The notes under the pieces: generated by a model
Seen by the model: the letters and a program-made list of their open reading frames with translations, nothing else
What the model was told of the DNA's origin: nothing
The model's database searches: none
Shown: piece after piece, positions 30,204 to 40,754 of the stretch
Layout of the letters: the number at the start of each line of letters is the position of its first letter
Numbering within the stretch: position 1 is the stretch's first letter
NCBI GenBank assembly: GCA_000002445.1
Contig: CP000066.1
Span: forward strand, 640,001-704,000
From: Trypanosoma brucei
Taxonomy: Eukaryota
DNA length: 64,000 bases
Direction: 5' to 3'
Position numbers and translations under genes: made by a program

Positions 30204-32552
30204 TCACAGTGCAGCTGCCTGTTGCTGTTTCATGCACTTTACAACCGAGGCAAATCTGGAAAAAACCATCGACAGCTTCACAACCCTCCTTCGTTTCCCT
30301 TGTGAACGGTTGTTTGTATCCTTCGCTGCACCGTCGCTTTCATGCCGGTTATCATTCCATCGCACCTCCAACTGTAACCGTTCGGTCTCCACAGCAGCAG
30401 CAACCCGAGGGGCGAGTTGAATAACCTCTTGGGGCATCGTAAATGTGTTCGCTGCTAAGAGCTCACGCCCTACCAAGAGGTCAACAAGGGCAACTGCGCG
30501 CCGTTGCCAGAGGGGCACAACATTAACTGTTTTTACACCATCACTAGTGGCAGTGTCATGTGCCTTAACACGCCGAGCGCCCACCAGCCTCGTAAAGACG
30601 TAGGCAACCTCAACAACAAATGGGTGCTCATTTTCTCGCGGTATTTGAAGCAGGGCAGAAAGTAATTTCTCCACAAGTCCCGGGCGCTCCATCAGAAACC
30701 TAAGTGACTTCACGCCAGCATGCGCATCATTTAACAATGCCTCATACAGAGCTGTGGCTTGAGCATCCAATGCGCTGCACCGCGCAGCTTGCCCTTGGCA
30801 ACGACAATATTCCATTGTTATAGATACGATGTGATTGAGGCTCTCAAGAAACACCGGGAGTGTTCCGATGTCAATGAAACTAGTGGTAAAGTGGCCGACC
30901 TGCTTCGCAGATGTGGCAGAACGTTCCGCAGCGGGTAGCCCCTCAGCAACTCCCAGTGGCTCCGAAGAGCAGGTCCGAGTGGAGAACAACTGCAACTCAT
31001 CATCATCATCATCATCATACCCACCGCTTTCTGCGGTATCCATTGCGCCAGCATCAGTGCCGGGGCAGTCTAGCTCCGCTGTCACTACCCCTGAGGCTAC
31101 CAGAGAGGCGCTATCCAGTTTGTGGTGCCGTTTTTTTAATGATGTTGACTGAGTGTCGTAGCGGCAGCCGCGTTTCCGCATTGCATTGAGCAGCGTCTGC
31201 AAGAGTAACTCAGTTGTTTCTACCGCGCACACCTTCACCTCACGACGTCCTAAAAATAGTACAACACCGAGGAATTGGCCGGGAAATGCCTTGATGGCCT
31301 CATGTAGCTGTGGAAGGAGCACCTCCGCACAATCATCTCGAAACCATTTGATCTTGGCCAGAGCCAACGTGAGGAAGAAAAATGTCGCTGGAGAGCCCTG
31401 CCGCGTGATGTGGAGAGAGCCATCCCTTATGCCGCGAACAAGCCCCCCTACTACCGTTTCATAAAGGGACACGTTTAGAATGGGGTGCTTGAGGTTCTCC
31501 ACTGCCACTGTTACAGTATTGATAGAGGAAACACCAGGGGAAGTTGTGTACCGATTCATCAGCGGCACTTCCGCCTTCAGCAACCTCATAAACCGGATCT
31601 GGCAACGCGATATGGCGTCCAGTAACACAGCATAGCTACTCACGCCGAACAACTCTCCTGCGTTCGAGCCAGGGGCGGAAGCACGCAAAGATAAATGAGA
31701 GGGACCCTGAAATGCGTTATTGTTTAGGTGAACCCTAATATTATCACATAAGGTTTCCAGCACGGCATCAGCGTGGAATAACTTTTGCTGAACGATAAGG
31801 TGAAGAAACGTCGCACTGCTAGATGGGCTAAAGCAAGCCACGCGGACCGTTAACCACTGAAGCAGTAGATGACTAAGCTCTGAGACCCACACTTCTCCCA
31901 CCGTATCGTCCATACAAGCAGCGACGACGGAGGTGTGCTGAATACTGTCCAAATTGATCTTCGCCAAAGTCCGCAGTACACACTCCAATAAGTAGTCACT
32001 TCGAAAGAGCGGCAATGAGCCTGTGGGTGCGGGAATATGACCACCCACACCCGTCCCCCCGCGGGCTTCTGGAACGGAAATTACAAAGGATGAAGGAGGA
32101 GCATCACGCAAGCGTCGCCATACCTCCACAAGGCACTGTACCATGTGTCCATGATGCATTCCTTTACATTCTGCCTCCATCCGGGTGGCAAGCTGTGGCC
32201 CAGAGAGTTCCCAAAGGGAGTGACGGTACATGGTTGAAAAGGTAACAACGTTGCCATTCGTCTGCAACCCGCCTCCTCCGGTTGAGTTTTTGCGCACCTG
32301 AGGATCCGGCTCTGTGGCGTGTTTTCTTCCAGCTGCGTCCTGTTCGTGACGACGGACGTCGGGATACGCGGCGTCATATGCCGCTCCATCTGCTGGAGGT
32401 GGCGGTTTCGGCGCTCCATCGGTTTCACTTAGCTCAGCGAACGCCTTTGCCAACTGCGATAGCGATAGCGGACGCAAAGAAACCGTTACGAGTGGTGCCG
32501 CGGCACGAGTGAGCACCATACCAGTAACCCGTGGGGAGCTAAACACCCGCAT
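30204..32552 (-). CDS. Conserved-looking hypothetical protein (782 aa from the first ATG). No domain recognised.
   Basis: Long uninterrupted ORF on the cluster strand. The track start at 32594 is TTG and the first ATG is at 32552 (MRVFSSPRVTGMVLTRAAAP..., basic and hydroxylated, possibly an organellar presequence). Contains a poly-Asp run (GGYDDDDDDE). Confidence 0.7.
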   Translation of the reverse strand: MRVFSSPRVTGMVLTRAAAPLVTVSLRPLSLSQLAKAFAELSETDGAPKPPPPADGAAYDAAYPDVRRHEQDAAGRKHATEPDPQVRKNSTGGGGLQTNGNVVTFSTMYRHSLWELSGPQLATRMEAECKGMHHGHMVQCLVEVWRRLRDAPPSSFVISVPEARGGTGVGGHIPAPTGSLPLFRSDYLLECVLRTLAKINLDSIQHTSVVAACMDDTVGEVWVSELSHLLLQWLTVRVACFSPSSSATFLHLIVQQKLFHADAVLETLCDNIRVHLNNNAFQGPSHLSLRASAPGSNAGELFGVSSYAVLLDAISRCQIRFMRLLKAEVPLMNRYTTSPGVSSINTVTVAVENLKHPILNVSLYETVVGGLVRGIRDGSLHITRQGSPATFFFLTLALAKIKWFRDDCAEVLLPQLHEAIKAFPGQFLGVVLFLGRREVKVCAVETTELLLQTLLNAMRKRGCRYDTQSTSLKKRHHKLDSASLVASGVVTAELDCPGTDAGAMDTAESGGYDDDDDDELQLFSTRTCSSEPLGVAEGLPAAERSATSAKQVGHFTTSFIDIGTLPVFLESLNHIVSITMEYCRCQGQAARCSALDAQATALYEALLNDAHAGVKSLRFLMERPGLVEKLLSALLQIPRENEHPFVVEVAYVFTRLVGARRVKAHDTATSDGVKTVNVVPLWQRRAVALVDLLVGRELLAANTFTMPQEVIQLAPRVAAAVETERLQLEVRWNDNRHESDGAAKDTNNRSQGKRRRVVKLSMVFSRFASVVKCMKQQQAAAL

Positions 32553-33015
32553 GCTGTCACCAACAGCTCCTTCTTCCCCGGCCCCTTCTACCAATAACTG
32601 TTAAGGTAACGAAACAACAACGACAACAACAGCAACAGCAACAGCAACGTGAGACAAACAAAAACAAACAAACAAACACAAAAACACAGTTAAAATAGCT
32701 TCCATACACACATTCACTCAACGCCAGAGGGCGGCAAGACACGTTAGATGCAACGAAGCAAACACAGCCAGTGCACAAAGAAAGAATGGTGGATAATAAC
32801 ACAAAGGAATTAAAGGTGAGCCAACTAGCACGACAGCGTGTCCACACCTTTCCATTTTGTGCTGTACACTGAATGATCACATCAAGAAGCGGGGGTAAAC
32901 TCCTGTCACCGCAGCATAAACCCAAACTGAAGTCGGACTGCAGGAGAGGACAGCCCGGAGACTCTCTACACAACCACCGTTATCGCTGCCTGTATACGTA
33001 TGGGTCCTGCACGGC

Positions 33016-34149
33016 CTACAAAACCTCTTCGTCCCCCAGTGGTGGGAAGCACACCAGTAATCGAACGTTGTCAACCCGCTCAACATTTGTTGGCTGCGCC
33101 GTCACCATACGCGGGCAAGGAATGCTGCCTGTTAACATTTTTTCTAAGTTAGCAATAAGCTGGCCGCTGTAACCTACTGGTCCGCCACTGACCGGGTCAT
33201 TTGAGTTAGCCCCCGCACCGGAAGCATCCCCCAAACCACTAGAATTAGTCCTAGTCAAGCCACGAACCAAACCATGCCCGCCCCGTGGACTTCCGAGGCC
33301 CCCAAAGGATTGCGTGTTGGGACCCCTGGCGGAACTATTACCAGCGCCGCCGCTGCTCGCGGTGGCTCGATACGGAAAGAGTATATCTCTACCAACGAGT
33401 GTCATGGCACTATCGCTTATACCCACGAAGGTTGACGTGACCTCTGAGGGGTACTTTTTCTGTACATGAGTAAAAACCATCTGACCCAAACGGTAAGGTC
33501 TGCTTTTGTGCGGCTCACCGCCAAGAGACTTGCGGGACGCCACAATATCCAAAATGAGACGGCAGCGCGGTGCATTGTGAGGAGGGTGCCACTGCTTCAA
33601 TAAGTTGGCCATAATCTCCTCATCCTCTTCATGCCGATCGCGGGCTGGCGACCGCTGCGACACATATGGGAGTGACGCCCTTCTCCCCCGCGATCCAACA
33701 TTCGTGATGGGAGTGCGATGATGTTTTGATCGCCCAATAACACTCTGTGACAAGGATGGCGTCTCTGAAGGATTGGAGGTCCGCGAGGCAACCCGCCAAC
33801 TGGTTTCCTTCCGCAAGAAAGTAGTAAGAAGTGTACTACTCAGCGGCGCTGAGGGAAGCATCAAAAGTTCCCTCACCGCGTGGACGCGTTGCGTCTGTGC
33901 GGGCAACTTCTCCCAGTAATCAACTGCAGCATTAAAGGCAATTCTGGCTGTCTCCACCATGGTATCCACAAGCTCGAACACCCCGAGCATCGCTTCTTCT
34001 ATTGTGTAGTCCCACTTGAACTCAAAGTTTGCGTACACACAAAAAAAGTTCAAGGGATCACACGCCAGACGGTCACGGAAGTGAGGAAAAATTGTTATAT
34101 TGTGCCTTTGCTTCGCCTCCTTCAAGGGGCCGGCTGTGGTGATGGACAT
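33016..34149 (-). CDS. Hypothetical protein (377 aa) with a Gly/Ser-rich C-terminal half.
   Basis: ORF on the cluster strand. The track start at 34158 is GTG and the first ATG is at 34149. A pyrimidine-rich 12-mer repeat lies upstream on the coding strand. Confidence 0.6.
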   Translation of the reverse strand: MSITTAGPLKEAKQRHNITIFPHFRDRLACDPLNFFCVYANFEFKWDYTIEEAMLGVFELVDTMVETARIAFNAAVDYWEKLPAQTQRVHAVRELLMLPSAPLSSTLLTTFLRKETSWRVASRTSNPSETPSLSQSVIGRSKHHRTPITNVGSRGRRASLPYVSQRSPARDRHEEDEEIMANLLKQWHPPHNAPRCRLILDIVASRKSLGGEPHKSRPYRLGQMVFTHVQKKYPSEVTSTFVGISDSAMTLVGRDILFPYRATASSGGAGNSSARGPNTQSFGGLGSPRGGHGLVRGLTRTNSSGLGDASGAGANSNDPVSGGPVGYSGQLIANLEKMLTGSIPCPRMVTAQPTNVERVDNVRLLVCFPPLGDEEVL

Positions 34150-34210
34150 CCGGATCACACCACGAACTGCGACCTGTAAATAGAGGGAAAGGAAACAGTA
34201 GGGGGAAATA

Positions 34211-34244
34211 ATGGGGGAAATAATGGGGGAAAGGAATATTTGAG
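34211..34244 (-). repeat. Short tandem 12-mer (gggggaaataat x ~2.8 on the + strand). On the coding strand it is part of the pyrimidine-rich region upstream of the 33016..34149 gene.
   Basis: Direct reading of 34211-34222, 34223-34234 and the partial copy at 34235-34244. Confidence 0.8.
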
Positions 34245-34714
34245 TTGAATGGGGAGGGCACCGTGGGTTTTATACAGAAGAGAGTCAACATAGCAGAAGC
34301 CCGTGACGGAGATGGTCGAAACATTTTGTAAATAATAAGTGTAAAACCAAGAGAAGGCAAAAAATAATAATAATAATAATGTAAAATGAAGCTTCGATCA
34401 ACGGAAACCGTAACTGCCACAATTACAAAGCACCGATAACCTTTATGACTAAAAGAAAAAACGAAAAAAAATATCTTACCTCCCGAATCGCACAATCGTC
34501 TCGAAACTGCATGCCGGCAACACAAAAAGTTTTCAACAACTTTTCGTTGGTGTGAACAGCGTATGAAACAATTCCCCTCACCGGTAAAATCACACATTTC
34601 ATCTTCCTCCGTTTTCGCTTCTTAATTCCCTTCACGTCTCATGATAACGATAGCAGCAACAACGCAACAGTCGTATAGCGTCCAACAATATTCATCTGTT
34701 AAGTTAACACGACA

Positions 34715-34936
34715 CTAAAAACTCCGGACACTCCCTCGGAGACGCTCGACTTCCTCTTCCGAAAATCCCTCATGGAGCAGGCATTTGTAGAATGCCCCAA
34801 TTTCCTTTTGGCAGGCTTCTACACCCTTTAGAAGAGTGCATTCATCACGCGCCTGACGTTCCGCTGGGCACGCGCAGCATATCTTACAAGCCGGTTTTTT
34901 ACCCTTTCCGGTGGCAGCAACTTCGTCACTCGACAT
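34715..34936 (-). CDS. COX17: COX17 copper chaperone (73 aa), a twin-CX9C protein of the mitochondrial intermembrane space.
   Basis: The track ORF starts at TTG (35023) and the first ATG is at 34936. The sequence KPACKICCACPAERQARDECTLLKGVEACQKEIGAFYKCLLHEGF matches the COX17 signature (KPCCACPETKKARDACI...C....I....KECM...GF). Confidence 0.85.
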   Translation of the reverse strand: MSSDEVAATGKGKKPACKICCACPAERQARDECTLLKGVEACQKEIGAFYKCLLHEGFSEEEVERLRGSVRSF

Positions 34937-35208
34937 AGTACGCCGAGAACGGGGTTGTGAATACAAACTGGTGAAAACAAAAGAAAAAAACACAGAATAA
35001 TAGAGAAGAGAGGAAGGAATCAAATAAAGGTATCAACGATAGGAGCAGTAGAAGCAAAAGCATTGCAAATGTAATTTAGACATATTTTTTTTCTTCACAC
35101 CTTAATGCTGACCAACCAGAATTATTTTTAGTGCCGCTATGCCCTCATATGTTTGCAAGGGAACTTTTAGCGAGTACATCAACAGGGGCGCACAACATAC
35201 GACAGGGA

Positions 35209-37398
35209 CTACTCAGAAGGGGTTTCACTTACGCTGTGTCGGTTACTTTTCTTATTTTGCTTGCGTCGCGCCCTCCGCCCCGCAGCAGTGTCCTCCACTA
35301 CCCGCCTCTCATCGTCACCGTCACCGTCTCCATCGCTGACCTTATCAACATCGTCCTTCATGCCAACGTTGGCAACGTTTGACCCATCGTGATGACCTCT
35401 GTGCTGCTTGGGCGCAAAATTCTTGTTCCGGAAGTGCGTAAAGTTCGAGCGATTGTTGGTTTTAACATTCTTTTTGGCCTCTTTTACCTTTCGCTTGCCT
35501 TCACCGTCGTCATCACTGTCACTTCCACAACCGTGCCCAGCAGTCTCGCGCTCCAACAACAGTTGTTCCCGCTCCCGTGCAGCTTCCAACAGAAGTTCGT
35601 CAAGATCACCTCCCGCCTTCCTCCCAATTGGGGCCTCAACTTTGGTGGCCGCCAATCTTGCAGTAGTCCCCGCGATTACGCAGCCACAAGGACAGGAGCA
35701 ATCATCAGCAGCAGTGCCCAACTTGGAGCCGCAACCGCCGCAGCTGACCGTTGCATTCAATCGGTGCACAACAACGCCACTATCTTCAACGCACCACTCG
35801 CCCTCTGCACCATCAACGACCCGAAGAAAGCAAACACTGTCGCACGAACCAACCGCCGGTTGGTGCTTACCCTTCAACGCACTTTTTCTCCCTGCCACTG
35901 CCTGGCGAACATTGAAATGGGCTCGGGCAGCATCTGGGGGGTGCGTAAGAAGAGCGCGTTCATGGAACAGCTTCCGCCTACATTTAAGACACAAGTAATA
36001 TCGCATAGACTCAGGTGAGGATTTCACTGCGTCAGACGATGTCTTAATGGAGGGATCAAAATGCACAGGGGGCTTTGGAGGCTTATCCGCAGCTTTTTCC
36101 CCCACCGCCTCCTCCGTTCTGGCGTCACACGGTTGTTGTGGCGACTGCTTGCCGCTAGGAGAGGACCCGAAAAATACGCGAAGAAAGTTGTCGCGCACGG
36201 TAGCGCAGAATTCCTGGTGCTCTGGTGACTCAGCCAACACATCTTTACTGATGGCGTTGTGCACCGCGAGGGCGACGTACTGATAGTTGGCCGGTTCGTT
36301 GTGCATCGTTCGTAAGTATTCATCAGGGATATTTTGTGGCGTGTTCCACGGTGAACCCGTGCCAATGAGTAACTGGGACAGCGATACGTAGTTGCGCAGG
36401 GAATGAACAAATGATGGTCGATAGATTCCCGGCGCATTACTGCTTGTGACACCTTCAGCAGTCGCTAATACATAAATAGGTGGTGTACCACGACCGATTG
36501 CCCCTGTTGTTGCTTCTGACGGAGCTTTGGGAACATGCTTTCTGACTAGTTCACGCATTGCTGAGGAACAGCTCAACGCGCCAACACCATTGTGAAGGAC
36601 AACAGCGGTGGGATTCTTCCTCGTGGCTCCGTGCTCTTTTCCGCAGCCGCCTTCATCCGCTTGATCCAACATGAGCTCAGCGATCAGCTCAGCAGCCCGG
36701 TCCACAGTGTGATTTCCGTCCGTCAGCATGTTTTCACTGTTTCCGTTCGCACCAATATCCTCGGGTGTTACCACGGCTCCGTCTCGCTCGTCTGGACAAA
36801 GGTGCAACACAATCGGTAACTGAAGTTCACCCGCTTTCCGCCACAGCTCCTTGAGTAACCATTCCTGCGCAAAGTGCGTGCCACTGTCTCGGGTAAGGCT
36901 GAACCCTGATAACAACCCAATTACCTCCTGGTGCCTCGTCCACGCTACAACGCCCTCCATCCATTTTTCCTGCTGCTGCTTGTGGGTACGATCCACACTA
37001 TTCACATGCACACCCACCAAACAGTAGAGTTTGCTGCAACCCTCCTCCCCATCCAACACAGATGCTGCAGCGTTGTGCTGCCTGCACAATTCAATGAGCG
37101 CATCCTGCTGCTCAAAATTACCGCACCACGTGAGCGCAGCTCCAACTCCACCCTCCCTTGCTGCCCTCACCAGCAGTTCGCTGTATCCCGTACCGAACTT
37201 GCGGGAGAGAATGGCAACTGAGGCATCTACATGTTGCACATGATCCCTGAAGGTTGGTGGTACTGGAGCCACACGTGCGAGTGGTTGTTGCTTCACGGAG
37301 GAGGCCTTTCTGGCAGCAGGGGCGCCAGGGTTCTTCTTGGAGTGCCGTAGGCTCGACCCCTTCGCTTCACGACCGCCACCACGGTCGACAAATCCCAT
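35209..37398 (-). CDS. TatD-like metal-dependent hydrolase/DNase-family domain fused to a C-terminal double-CxxC zinc module (DUSP12/Yvh1-C-terminal-like) and a basic/acidic tail (729 aa).
   Basis: True ATG at 37398. TatD-like blocks: FRDHVQHVD.., VGVHVNSVD, GLLSGFSLTRD..HFAQEWLLKELWRKAGELQLPIVLHL, LLIGTGSPWNTPQ...HNEPANY..VA. Zn module: YYLCLKCRRKLFHERALLTH ... VSCGGCGSKLGTAADDCSCPCGC. Confidence 0.7.
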   Translation of the reverse strand: MGFVDRGGGREAKGSSLRHSKKNPGAPAARKASSVKQQPLARVAPVPPTFRDHVQHVDASVAILSRKFGTGYSELLVRAAREGGVGAALTWCGNFEQQDALIELCRQHNAAASVLDGEEGCSKLYCLVGVHVNSVDRTHKQQQEKWMEGVVAWTRHQEVIGLLSGFSLTRDSGTHFAQEWLLKELWRKAGELQLPIVLHLCPDERDGAVVTPEDIGANGNSENMLTDGNHTVDRAAELIAELMLDQADEGGCGKEHGATRKNPTAVVLHNGVGALSCSSAMRELVRKHVPKAPSEATTGAIGRGTPPIYVLATAEGVTSSNAPGIYRPSFVHSLRNYVSLSQLLIGTGSPWNTPQNIPDEYLRTMHNEPANYQYVALAVHNAISKDVLAESPEHQEFCATVRDNFLRVFFGSSPSGKQSPQQPCDARTEEAVGEKAADKPPKPPVHFDPSIKTSSDAVKSSPESMRYYLCLKCRRKLFHERALLTHPPDAARAHFNVRQAVAGRKSALKGKHQPAVGSCDSVCFLRVVDGAEGEWCVEDSGVVVHRLNATVSCGGCGSKLGTAADDCSCPCGCVIAGTTARLAATKVEAPIGRKAGGDLDELLLEAAREREQLLLERETAGHGCGSDSDDDGEGKRKVKEAKKNVKTNNRSNFTHFRNKNFAPKQHRGHHDGSNVANVGMKDDVDKVSDGDGDGDDERRVVEDTAAGRRARRKQNKKSNRHSVSETPSE

Positions 37399-37839
37399 TT
37401 ACTAGTACCGTGAGCGTTGCGCAAAATACAACACATAATGTACGTATGTGCACGCACATAAGTGAACAGAGAACAGCGGAAAGTGTGGAAATAAGGATGA
37501 ACACGATTATGAGAAAGCAAAAAGAGGGTTTTATTACAAGCAGTGAAGGATAAAGGGAGAAAGTAACGCCGACTCATTGTACAATGAACCCTCTGCCCCT
37601 TTCCCGCATGTACAGCTCGGCGGTGGCGTTTACCGAACGCCACTGCCAACAATACGAAAAGGCAGAGGGTGTGCGTGTGTGCATTCTGGGAATGAGAAAC
37701 CCTGCAAAAAGGTACACCTTTCCTCCACAGGAATACTTGGCACCGGTTCCCTTGCTGTACTCTAAACTCCTTTCACCTTCTTAAATAGCCCTCTCCTCCA
37801 TCAACCCTCACATTATCTGCCTTCTTGCACCCATTATTT

Positions 37840-38649
37840 TTATTTCTGCACTGTGGGCGTCCCGTCTTCGGATCTTCCATCTTCAAGCACCTCCTTCGCC
37901 ATACCAAGCTCATCTAACACATATTGATTGAACCCATTACCTGCTATATTAGGAAGGAATCCTTCGAACACGCCGCGATCTACCTCGCCGCACACAAACG
38001 CCACCGCCTCAATCTGGTTTTGTTTACGGAAGTCAAATATATGATTTGCATCGGCCTCCATTTGCATTGGCACAGGAATGAAGCGCTCCACCCTGAAAAA
38101 CTCCACCGGCGGACACCACGCGCCGCTGTCGCGAGACCCCGCGGCCCCACTAACTTCCTCCCTCCCATCATTAGCGGTGCCAGACGTCTTCCACTCCGGT
38201 TCCGTTGAGGTTGCTGATTCCCTTGTCCCTCCGCTACCGGCCACGAGAGGTTCCCATTCACTGCTCAGCTGCACCGAAAATATACGTATGAGTACTGGCG
38301 TGCCAACCTTCAGCGCTGCTGGCAGAATTGTGTTGCGAAACACGCGGGGGTCAACACTTGAGGCATCCACAAGCACGGCCAGGCGTCGCCGCGGATCACC
38401 GAGATCAGTTGCTGGGGGCGGATAGCGATCCTTCACGGGCCCGCCTCCACCGGCACCGCCGCCGAAACCACTGCGACGTTTTGTTGTTGTATTCGTCCCT
38501 TCGGCTCCGCTCCTCACGGCAGCACCCGCTGCGCTGCTGGAAAAAGCGACAGTTTGGAAAGTCACTTGCGGGATGGATACCGGTGGTTTGAGCCGCAGGT
38601 CGGCACATCTGACACGTGCGCATGTCGATCTAAAAAAGAGTCTCTGCAT
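37840..38649 (-). CDS. Hypothetical protein (269 aa from the first ATG) with a Gly-rich RGG-like patch. No firm domain call.
   Basis: ORF on the cluster strand. The track start at 38697 is TTG and the first ATG is at 38649 (MQRLFFRSTCARVRC..., basic N-terminus). Confidence 0.55.
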   Translation of the reverse strand: MQRLFFRSTCARVRCADLRLKPPVSIPQVTFQTVAFSSSAAGAAVRSGAEGTNTTTKRRSGFGGGAGGGGPVKDRYPPPATDLGDPRRRLAVLVDASSVDPRVFRNTILPAALKVGTPVLIRIFSVQLSSEWEPLVAGSGGTRESATSTEPEWKTSGTANDGREEVSGAAGSRDSGAWCPPVEFFRVERFIPVPMQMEADANHIFDFRKQNQIEAVAFVCGEVDRGVFEGFLPNIAGNGFNQYVLDELGMAKEVLEDGRSEDGTPTVQK

Positions 38650-39158
38650 GAAATCACTCACGTGGATCTCCGCCGTTGGGCTAATGAAGTTATTCAAGTC
38701 CCTGTGTTCAAGCGAGTTCTAAATAAGACGTGAAAAAAAAAAAAGAAAACCGGAAGGTTGCGCGACGAATATTAGGAAGGAAGTCGGACCGATATTGTTT
38801 GTGTTGAAGGTTAGCGAGAGATACGCCCATTTATTTTTATTTATTTATACGCGCGGCCTCATATCTATGTGGAGTAAAACAGAATATCCGCTACCATTCG
38901 TATTTCCAACTTAAATCACCCCTCACCGTGTGCATGTTCCCTACGAAAAGCGGCCGCTAGAAAAGACCCTCAGTTGGCGTCATCATCAGGGCTCTCCAGG
39001 GAACCACCGCGCATAAGGTTTCACAAACGGAGAGTAATCAATCATATAAGAACAACGAGAGCTGCATAAGGTTGGTTGCTTTGCAGCGGTGGCACGGCTG
39101 CGAATTAATATTTCAATTCTCTTCGCTTCGCTTCAGGGAGTGTTGCGAGGCTCATGCA

Positions 39159-40754
39159 TCAACTCCGAAGGGATGTGTCAACTACCAGTACTATGGCCCG
39201 GTCACACATGCCGTAGAATGAAAGGCTCTGCAGCTCATTATCCAGTTGTGTCGGTGCCTCTACCACTCCAGCATCACCTGACACGAAGGACAAATGCTGA
39301 TGGGACGGAGCCACGCTATACACTGCACGCACAAGGGCCTTCAACTTCCCAACTGACATTGAGCTTGGCACTCTCTTGTGTGTGTCCTCGAAACCGTCGC
39401 ATCGGAGGACTATGTTCAGCATCATGTGCATGGTACCATCGTGACTTGCCGTCTCACCTTCGCGGTAGATCACTGTGATAACATCCTTATGCTTCTCTCG
39501 CAGAACATCGAGTAGGGGATATCGCAATGTTTCTTGAGTGACTTTACTCTGACTCCCATCTTGTGCCTCTCCCACCTGCTGTTTTTGCTCTGCAGCCATG
39601 CCTCGCTGGATGTAAAATATCTCTGAGTCCATCCGTTCCTTTGCCCGTACTTGACCTCTGTTCAACGTTGTGATACTCGGGAGCGATGCAACAACGTACA
39701 TGCGGCCGAGTGTCTCATTCCATTGCGGGAATATAGCACTATACGTGATGCGGAATGTGGTTAAGTGGGGACAGAGGTATCGCACCGCATCCAGTGTGCA
39801 TGCATCTGTGATGGTTGGATTCTCATTCAAGCACAGGAGCTCAAGTGGTTGCAGATACGCGTAATCCACGAGGGATCCGTCGCTGGTGTCCCCATCACCA
39901 CGTTTATTACCGCCTCCGTGAGGTACGATGGAAGCACAGGCACGTGTAATGCTGAGATTCGGCATCCGATTACTGGTCAGAAATAACCGTTTCAGGCCGG
40001 GAAACGCTGTGCCTATCGATTCCTGCAAGCCGCTCTCTAAACCCCACGACGACAATTCGTTCTGCGCAAGGCTAAGTGTATTAACCGCGGGAAACCAACC
40101 ACTCTTTATATCATTACCACTGTTGTTATCATTCTTGTTAGCTTCGTGAAGGATGCGATGAGCAGTTTTTTCCTCGTTGTCATCCACAAAGAGGGCAAGT
40201 CGTTTGATGCTGTTGTTGTCTAAGTGCAACTCCTCAAGCAGGGGTAGTTGTACAACGGCCCGTAGTTGCCATATGGATTGCACGCCAACATGATTTAGCA
40301 CCAGCTTTCTCAGGTGTGGCGCCACAAGAAGCGACTCAAAGGGAGAAGCAGAAATCTCTGCAGTCCCCACAGGAAACAACTCGGGGCTATGGGAAAGCTG
40401 AAGGACTTTCAGGGCCGGGAGATGTTGAGCCATGCGCCCCACTTCCCTTATAGTTAGCTGAAAGTTCTCCGACAGATCGACCTCCTCCAATCGGTGCAAA
40501 GCCGCTTGGGCAAGTTCACCAGTCGTACTCTCCGCAACGGTAATGTTCATGCCGCGCAGCACAACATGCACAAGTTTTGAGTGATCCGCCTGCTTCTGTC
40601 GAGTTTTCTCCATCCCAACAAGCTCCCACTTCTTGTTGCGTCGACGCGAGGCCTCACCTACGAGGAAAGATTCGGCGCTGTACGCCGCACTGTCATCGGG
40701 CGCACCATACCGCTCGCGCACGGCGTCCATGAAACTGACTTCCGGACTCGCCAT
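39159..40754 (-). CDS. Tubulin-folding cofactor E-like protein (531 aa): leucine-rich repeats plus a C-terminal ubiquitin-like domain, with no CAP-Gly domain.
   Basis: The track start at 40823 is GTG and the first ATG is at 40754. SFMDAVRERYG matches the N-terminal TBCE/TBCEL block. LRRs include LEEVDLSEN, LKVLQLSHS, LRKLVLNHV, LEELHLDNN and LNTLSLAQN. ITTLNRGQVRAKERMDSEIFYI matches the TBCE(L) 'LNGS.V...ER.D.ER.Y' block. The UBL-like tail reads VPSSMSVGKLKALV...LSFYGMCDRAIVLV. Confidence 0.75.
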   Translation of the reverse strand: MASPEVSFMDAVRERYGAPDDSAAYSAESFLVGEASRRRNKKWELVGMEKTRQKQADHSKLVHVVLRGMNITVAESTTGELAQAALHRLEEVDLSENFQLTIREVGRMAQHLPALKVLQLSHSPELFPVGTAEISASPFESLLVAPHLRKLVLNHVGVQSIWQLRAVVQLPLLEELHLDNNSIKRLALFVDDNEEKTAHRILHEANKNDNNSGNDIKSGWFPAVNTLSLAQNELSSWGLESGLQESIGTAFPGLKRLFLTSNRMPNLSITRACASIVPHGGGNKRGDGDTSDGSLVDYAYLQPLELLCLNENPTITDACTLDAVRYLCPHLTTFRITYSAIFPQWNETLGRMYVVASLPSITTLNRGQVRAKERMDSEIFYIQRGMAAEQKQQVGEAQDGSQSKVTQETLRYPLLDVLREKHKDVITVIYREGETASHDGTMHMMLNIVLRCDGFEDTHKRVPSSMSVGKLKALVRAVYSVAPSHQHLSFVSGDAGVVEAPTQLDNELQSLSFYGMCDRAIVLVVDTSLRS

